From positions 64,001 through 128,000 of the forward strand of contig CAVPIB010000004.1 in the NCBI GenBank assembly GCA_963704885.1: a stretch of DNA of 64,000 nucleotides, in the 5' to 3' direction. This document shows, piece after piece, positions 58,522 to 64,000 of this stretch. The notes beneath the pieces are model-generated. The model was given only the letters and a program-made list of their open reading frames with translations. It had not been told where the DNA came from and searched no databases. Position 1 is the stretch's first letter. Every line of letters starts with the position of its first letter. This DNA is from an uncultured Actinomycetes bacterium. Its GTDB lineage: Bacteria > Actinomycetota > UBA4738 > HRBIN12. The position numbers and the translations under genes are program-made.

Positions 58522-61500
58522 GTGCACCTGAACGTCCGGTCCTGTTTCTCTATGAAGGAAGGTGCCTTCACCCCAGAGCAACTCATAGCCCGGGCCGCCG
58601 AGCTAGGCATGCCGGCCGTGGCGCTCACCGACCGCAACGCCCTCTACGGCGCCGCGAGGTTCGTCAAGGCATGCGAACGCGAAGGGATCAAGCCCATCCT
58701 CGGCGCGTCGCTCACCGTCCGGTCACAGCCGGTAGAAGGGAGGGTGTCGTCCGCAGCGTCGTCGAGGCGGCGAGCGCAGCGAAGCCGTCCGAGCAGCGAG
58801 GAACGACACCCGACCGCCATCGACCGCGACCACCACGTCACGCTCCTCGCCCAAGACGTCGAGGGCTATGCCAACCTCTGCCGCCTGATCACCGACGCGC
58901 ACATGTTGGGGGAGCGCGCGGACCCATCGCTCACCACGACCCAGATCTGCGCGCACGCCGCCGGCTTGATCGTGCTCCTGGGTCAGAGCTCGGCTCCCGG
59001 TCGCCTGGTCGTCAAGGGCTCAACAGACGCCGCCGCCCGAGCGGCCGGTCCGTTCCGCGAGGCGTTCGGTGCAGACCGGTGCTTCGTGGCTGTCGAGAAC
59101 CGCATCGAGGCCGGCTCCCACGACGAGGTCCGAGCGATGCTCCGGTTCGCGCGGGCGCTCGACGCGCGCGCGGTCGCGACGAACCCCGTCCGGTACCTGG
59201 TGCCCGAGGATGCGTTCTTGGCCGACGCGCTCGAATGTATGCGCGCGATCGTGCCGATCGCCTCGAACCACGTAAGCCGTCAGAACGCCGAGGGCTGGCT
59301 GAAGCCAGCCGCCCAGATGCGCGCGCTCTTCGCTGAGCGGCCGGATCTCTGCGACGCCACCCTCGATATAGCCGAGCGCTGCTCGTTCGACCTGGGGCTC
59401 AGGAGGGTGCACTTCCCGGACTTCCCGGTGCCGGCCGGGCGCTCCGCCACATCGGTCCTGGCGGAACGATGCTGGCGCGGGATCGAGGACCGCGGCGTGG
59501 AGGCCACCGCCGAGGTCACGGAACGCCTGAACCACGAGCTCGCCATGATCCACCGGCAGGGGTTCGCCGCGTACTTCCTGACGGTCGCCGACATCGTTTC
59601 GGACATCAAGTCGATGGGGATCCGCTGCGCGTGCCGCGGCTCGGCCGCGGGCTCGCTCGTCTGTTACCTGACCGGCATCTCCGACGTCGACGCCGTCCGC
59701 CACGACCTGGCGTTCGAGCGGTTCATGAACCCTATGCGCGACGAGCCGCCGGACATCGACATCGACGTGGAGTCGGCGCGTCGCGAGGACGTGTACGACA
59801 TGGTGCTCTCGCGTCACGGCGACGATCGAGCGGCGTGCGTCGCCATGATCGACACGTACCGGGCGCGCTCGGCGGTCCGCGAGGTGGGTAAGGCACTCGG
59901 CCTTCCCGACGCGGAGCTCGGGGTCGTGGCCAAGGCGTTCCCGCACATCTCGGCCCGGCATCTGCGCGAGGCCGTCGAGCGTCTGCCGGAGCTCCACGGC
60001 ATCAACCTGCCGATGCCCCAGCTCGAGCTGTTGTTCCGAGTGGCCGAGCGCCTGGACGGCTTCCCGCGCCACATCGCGTTGCACCCGTGCGGGATCGTCC
60101 TTTCCTCACACGACCTGGTCACGCGCGTCCCTCTCGAACGCAGCGCGAACGGTCACCGGATGATCCAGGCCGACAAGGACGACGTCGAGCTTCTCGGGTA
60201 CCTGAAGCTCGACGTGCTCGGGATCCGGATGCTCTCTTCGATGCGCCACGCCCTGGACGAGATCGCGCGCACCACCGGCGAGAAGGTCGACCTCGACCGG
60301 ATCCCGCTCGACGACGAGCTCACGTTCGAACGGATCCGCGCATCCGACACGCTCGGGTGCTTCCAGATCGAATCGCCCGGCCAGCGCGAGCTTCTCCAGA
60401 AGCTCCAGCCCACGCGGTGGGAAGACCTGATCGTCGACATCTCGCTCTTCCGGCCAGGGCCGGTGAAGTCCGACATGATCCGGCCGTACCTGCGTCGCCG
60501 CTCGGGCATGGAGCGACCGGTCTACATCCATCCGGACCTGCGGCCGGCCTTGAAAGAGACGTTCGGCGTGATCGTCTACCACGAGCAGGTGATCCGGACG
60601 CTTGCGGCGCTCGCCGGCTACGACCTGACCTACGCCGATCACATCCGCCGCAACCTCGACCGGGAGGACCTGCTCCCGGGGTTCCGCGCCGACTTCCTGC
60701 GACGCGCGATCGCGCGCGGGGTCGATCCGAGCGCTGCCGAGGAGACCTGGAAGGCGGTGGCGGAGTTCGCGAGCTTCGGGTTCTGCAAGGCGCACGCGGC
60801 GGCGTTCGCGGTTCCGACCTACCAGTCGGCGTGGCTGAAGACGCACTACCCGGCTCAGTTCCTGGCCGGGATCCTCACGCACGATCCGGGTATGTACCCA
60901 CGGCGCCTGCTGTTGGAGGACGCCCGCCAGCACGGCGTTCCGATCCTGCCGCTGGACGCGAACCTGAGCGAGTCCGAGTACGTGGCCGAGGAGACAGGCG
61001 ATGGCTCGCTCGGCATCCGGCTGGCCCTCCAAGAAGTGCACGGCATCTCGGACGCCGAGATCCGGTCCATCCTGCAAGCTCGGGCCTACCGTCCGTTCCA
61101 CGATGTGGGGGACTTCCTGCGCCGAACCGCCGTCTCGAGGCCGGTGACCGAGGCCCTGGCGCACGCCGGGGCCTTCGACAGGCTCCGGAGCGCAGGCGAG
61201 GGCAGCGCGAACCGGCGGACGCATCTGTTCACTGCCATGACGGCCGCGCCCGAACGCGAAGGCGACCAGCTCACGCTCGCCGACGCCGCCGTCCCGACGC
61301 ACCGGTTCGCCGACTACTCCGACGCCGAGGTCGTGCGCGCAGAGCTGGAGGTGCTCGGCCTGGACGCCTCCCGTCACATCGTGAGTTTCTTCGAGCCGCT
61401 CCTCGCCGATCTGGGCGTGACCCGGACGAAGGACCTGCACCGTCACCGCGGCGGCGAACACCTGATGGTCGCCGGCGTGAAGGTCGCCTCGCAGACGCCG

Positions 61501-61818
61501 GCGATCCGCAGCGGCCAGCGGATCATCTTCCTGACCCTCGACGATGCGACCGGTCCGATCGAGGTCACTATCTTCGAGTCGGTCCAGTCGAAGGTGGCCA
61601 AGACCGTCTTCCACTCCTACGCCATGGCGGTGTGGGGCGAGCTCCGTCGGACCGGCGTGAGGGGCGTGAGTATCATCGCCGAGGAGGTCTGGGACCTCAC
61701 CGCGCTGCATCGCGCGCGGGGGGAGGGACGCTTGCGGGAGGCGATGGGGACGGAGCGGATCGAGCCCGCCCTCCCGTCGCGCCGACTGTGGCACTCGAGC
61801 CCGGGCTCGGCGGGATGA
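58522..61818 (+). CDS. dnaE2: Error-prone DNA polymerase III alpha subunit
   Basis: PHP domain ALTDR..LYGA, RGSAAGS, PDIDID, KLDVLG, FGFCKAHA, C-terminal HSSPGSAG. Confidence 0.95.
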   Translation: MHLNVRSCFSMKEGAFTPEQLIARAAELGMPAVALTDRNALYGAARFVKACEREGIKPILGASLTVRSQPVEGRVSSAASSRRRAQRSRPSSEERHPTAIDRDHHVTLLAQDVEGYANLCRLITDAHMLGERADPSLTTTQICAHAAGLIVLLGQSSAPGRLVVKGSTDAAARAAGPFREAFGADRCFVAVENRIEAGSHDEVRAMLRFARALDARAVATNPVRYLVPEDAFLADALECMRAIVPIASNHVSRQNAEGWLKPAAQMRALFAERPDLCDATLDIAERCSFDLGLRRVHFPDFPVPAGRSATSVLAERCWRGIEDRGVEATAEVTERLNHELAMIHRQGFAAYFLTVADIVSDIKSMGIRCACRGSAAGSLVCYLTGISDVDAVRHDLAFERFMNPMRDEPPDIDIDVESARREDVYDMVLSRHGDDRAACVAMIDTYRARSAVREVGKALGLPDAELGVVAKAFPHISARHLREAVERLPELHGINLPMPQLELLFRVAERLDGFPRHIALHPCGIVLSSHDLVTRVPLERSANGHRMIQADKDDVELLGYLKLDVLGIRMLSSMRHALDEIARTTGEKVDLDRIPLDDELTFERIRASDTLGCFQIESPGQRELLQKLQPTRWEDLIVDISLFRPGPVKSDMIRPYLRRRSGMERPVYIHPDLRPALKETFGVIVYHEQVIRTLAALAGYDLTYADHIRRNLDREDLLPGFRADFLRRAIARGVDPSAAEETWKAVAEFASFGFCKAHAAAFAVPTYQSAWLKTHYPAQFLAGILTHDPGMYPRRLLLEDARQHGVPILPLDANLSESEYVAEETGDGSLGIRLALQEVHGISDAEIRSILQARAYRPFHDVGDFLRRTAVSRPVTEALAHAGAFDRLRSAGEGSANRRTHLFTAMTAAPEREGDQLTLADAAVPTHRFADYSDAEVVRAELEVLGLDASRHIVSFFEPLLADLGVTRTKDLHRHRGGEHLMVAGVKVASQTPAIRSGQRIIFLTLDDATGPIEVTIFESVQSKVAKTVFHSYAMAVWGELRRTGVRGVSIIAEEVWDLTALHRARGEGRLREAMGTERIEPALPSRRLWHSSPGSAG

Positions 61819-61831
61819 GAGCCGTGAGATC

Positions 61832-63004
61832 GTGAGACCGCCGGAGCCGATCCTGCACGTAGACCTCGATGCGTTCTACGCCTCGGTCGAGGTGCTGAAG
61901 GACCCGTCTCTCGCGGGCAAGCCGGTCGTCGTGGGCGGAGCTGGCACGCGAGGCGTGGTCGCCTCGGCCTCCTATGAGGCCCGGAAGTACGGCGTCCGCT
62001 CCGCGATGCCGGCGGTCCGTGCGCGGCGACTCTGTCCCGACATCGTCTTCCTGCCCGCTGACTTCGAGGCGTACCGCGCCCACTCCCACCGGTTCCGCGA
62101 GGTGTTGCTGGCCCATACCCCGCTCGTCGAGCCGATCTCGCTAGACGAGGCCTTCCTGGACGTAGCCGGCGCCACCACGCTGTTCGGCCCGCCGGTCCAG
62201 ATCGCCGCCAAGATCCGAGCCGACGTAGCCGAAGAAGTGGGCGTCACCTGCTCGGTAGGGATCGCGCCGACCAAGTTCATCGCCAAGCTTGCCTCCGATG
62301 GCTGCAAACCCGACGGGCTGCTGCATGTGCCGACCGATGGTGTGGAGGCGTTCCTCGCCCCCTTACCCGTGGGACGGCTCTGGGGGGTGGGGGAGAAGAC
62401 CGGAGAGACGCTCGGGCGCCTAGGTATCCGCACCATCGGCGACCTGGGCCGCACTCCGGAAGCCATCTTGAGACGTGTCCTCGGCGATGTCTCGGCGCGA
62501 CACCTATGGGAGCTCGCCAACGGGATCGACCCCCGCGACGTGATCCCGTACGAGCCGCCTAAGTCCGTGAGCCACGAGGAGACGTTCGAACGCGATCTCG
62601 ACGCGAACCAGGACATCCTGAGGGAGCTGTTGTCCCTGGCGGGGCGGGTCGCATCACGGCTGCGAGAGGACGGCTACCAAACTCGTACGGTGGTGCTGAA
62701 GGCACGCCTGGCCAACTTCCAGACCCTCACCCGGTCGCGGACCCTGTCCGACCCGACCGACATCGGCGCCGACCTGTACCGCACGGTCGCCGAGCTCTAC
62801 TCGGCGCTCCCGGGCGAGCGTAGGAGGATCCGGTTGCTGGGGGTCCAGGCGACCAGCTTGGTGCCTGCGGGCGCCGAACAGCTCGCCCTCCTTCACGGCG
62901 AGCGGTGGGGTGATGTGGAGCGAGCGATCGACCGGATCGAGCGCCGGTTCGGTCGCGGGGCGGCTCGTCCGGCATCGCTGATCGACCGTGATCGGAGGCG
63001 CTGA
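61832..63004 (+). CDS. dinB: DNA polymerase IV
   Basis: ILHVDLDAFYASVE, ASYEAR.YGV.SAMP, SLDEAFLD, AKLASD..KPDG. Confidence 0.96.
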   Translation: MRPPEPILHVDLDAFYASVEVLKDPSLAGKPVVVGGAGTRGVVASASYEARKYGVRSAMPAVRARRLCPDIVFLPADFEAYRAHSHRFREVLLAHTPLVEPISLDEAFLDVAGATTLFGPPVQIAAKIRADVAEEVGVTCSVGIAPTKFIAKLASDGCKPDGLLHVPTDGVEAFLAPLPVGRLWGVGEKTGETLGRLGIRTIGDLGRTPEAILRRVLGDVSARHLWELANGIDPRDVIPYEPPKSVSHEETFERDLDANQDILRELLSLAGRVASRLREDGYQTRTVVLKARLANFQTLTRSRTLSDPTDIGADLYRTVAELYSALPGERRRIRLLGVQATSLVPAGAEQLALLHGERWGDVERAIDRIERRFGRGAARPASLIDRDRRR

Positions 63005-63107
63005 GGCTCAGCCCTCAACCATCCCGGATCGCGCTATCCCTTCGAGCATCCGGCTCACGTCCCTATAATCGAACCACGGCAGTTCCCCGCCCGAGGCAGG
63101 AAGACAG

Positions 63108-63491
63108 ATGCCCCTAAGCGAGCACGAACAACGGATCCTCGAAGAGATCGAGAAGCGCCTCGCGGAGGAGGATCCGCGCCTGGACGAGCAGGTCGGCCGA
63201 ACCGACCTCTACACGCATCTCGCGCGGCGTATCCGCATCGCCGTGCTGGCGTTCGTGGTCGGTCTGCTTCTGCTGCTGCTCTTCGTCGTCAACCCGCTGG
63301 TGGCCGCGGCTGGATTCGTGATCATGGTCCTCGCGGCGCTGTTGATCTACCGGTACCTCGGGCAGCTTGGTCGGGATCAGATCCGGGAGATGCAGGCGTC
63401 CGGCCGATTGACGCTCACCGGTTTCCTCGGTCGCATCGCGGGACGGTTCGCCGGGGGGCAGACGCCACCGAGCGACTCCCCAAAGAGCTGA
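63108..63491 (+). CDS. DUF3040 family membrane protein
   Basis: MPLSEHEQRILEEIEKRL..EDP plus two TM helices. Confidence 0.92.
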   Translation: MPLSEHEQRILEEIEKRLAEEDPRLDEQVGRTDLYTHLARRIRIAVLAFVVGLLLLLLFVVNPLVAAAGFVIMVLAALLIYRYLGQLGRDQIREMQASGRLTLTGFLGRIAGRFAGGQTPPSDSPKS

Positions 63492-63714
63492 CTCGCCCGC
63501 CGATCGCTAACGCCGTCTCGATCTAGCCCGTCCGGGTGGTTTGTCGATGCCTGTGACCTCAGCGCTTGCCAGGGTTCCGCGCGCTGCTGTACAAAGGGCA
63601 TCCTTCCCTAGGGCGCGTGACGGTTCACCCGAGGTTGAGTCTTCCTCCGGGACCCGATCCGTGCGATGGCATCGACGGTGTGGCAGGCGAGTGGTTGCGA
63701 AAGGGCGCGCGTCC

Positions 63715-64000
63715 ATGGAGGGATTCACGGCTCACCAGGCGAGCAAGTTCACCGGCTGCACATCCAGGCAGCTCCGTTACTGGGATCAGATAGAGCTGGT
63801 GCAACCGTCGGTCCAGGGAACCGGCGGCCGCCCGGGGGTTCCTCGGCTCTATTCATTCAGGGACCTGGTCGCCCTTCGCGTGGTGAAGTCGCTCCTGGAC
63901 GGCGGCATGTCTTTGCAGCGGGTCCGCCGAGCGTGGGAGTTCCTCAACAAGAAGGCGGGTCTGGATCGACATCTGTCGGACGTGAAACTGGTCACCGACG
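63715..64000 (+). CDS. MerR-family regulator (Rv1830-like), truncated by window end
   Basis: MEGFTAHQASKFTGCTSRQLRYWD...LVQPSV...RLYSFRDLV.LRVVKSLLD.G.SLQ. Confidence 0.88.
   Translation, partial: MEGFTAHQASKFTGCTSRQLRYWDQIELVQPSVQGTGGRPGVPRLYSFRDLVALRVVKSLLDGGMSLQRVRRAWEFLNKKAGLDRHLSDVKLVTD

Noticed and set aside
58491-58524. Possible programmed frameshift at the dnaE2 start (ATG 58491 out of frame by one, C5 run)
   Set aside because: GTG at 58522 gives an acceptable N-terminus (MHLNVRS), and a homopolymer error is equally plausible; no stimulatory structure seen

Overview
High-GC chromosomal segment with dense, mostly housekeeping gene content typical of Actinomycetota (PASTA kinase-nfo, SCO1664/DUF3090/MSMEG_4193 triad, DUF6504-dnaE2-dinB, DUF3040, Rv1830-like MerR), probably from a deep-branching lineage. 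I found no rRNA, tRNA, CRISPR array, IS or phage. Main modules: a COG2403 P-loop enzyme (ArcE-like) plus carbamate kinase; two tandem PfkA paralogues; TPP riboswitch-thiE-PurM-like gene; psuK/psuG; sqdB with a DUF2304-GT2 fusion; three orphan NarL-type regulators before a Flp/Tad pilus operon; a phosphate island (senX3, pstSCAB-phoU-regX3, two DUF47, pit) with PHO-box repeats; an MgtE/PhoU-RCK_C/RAM operon; and a LexA-boxed mutagenesis cassette. Best leads: (1) four sigma28/WhiG-type promoter motifs in the regulator-Tad locus, suggesting a WhiG to WhiI/BldM-like cascade controlling pili; (2) an unassigned ~265-nt structured RNA before a lytic transglycosylase; (3) a possible lipid-carrier sulfoquinovosylation pathway. 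Several single-base frameshifts may be assembly errors. All product calls come from motif recognition by eye; no database search was run.
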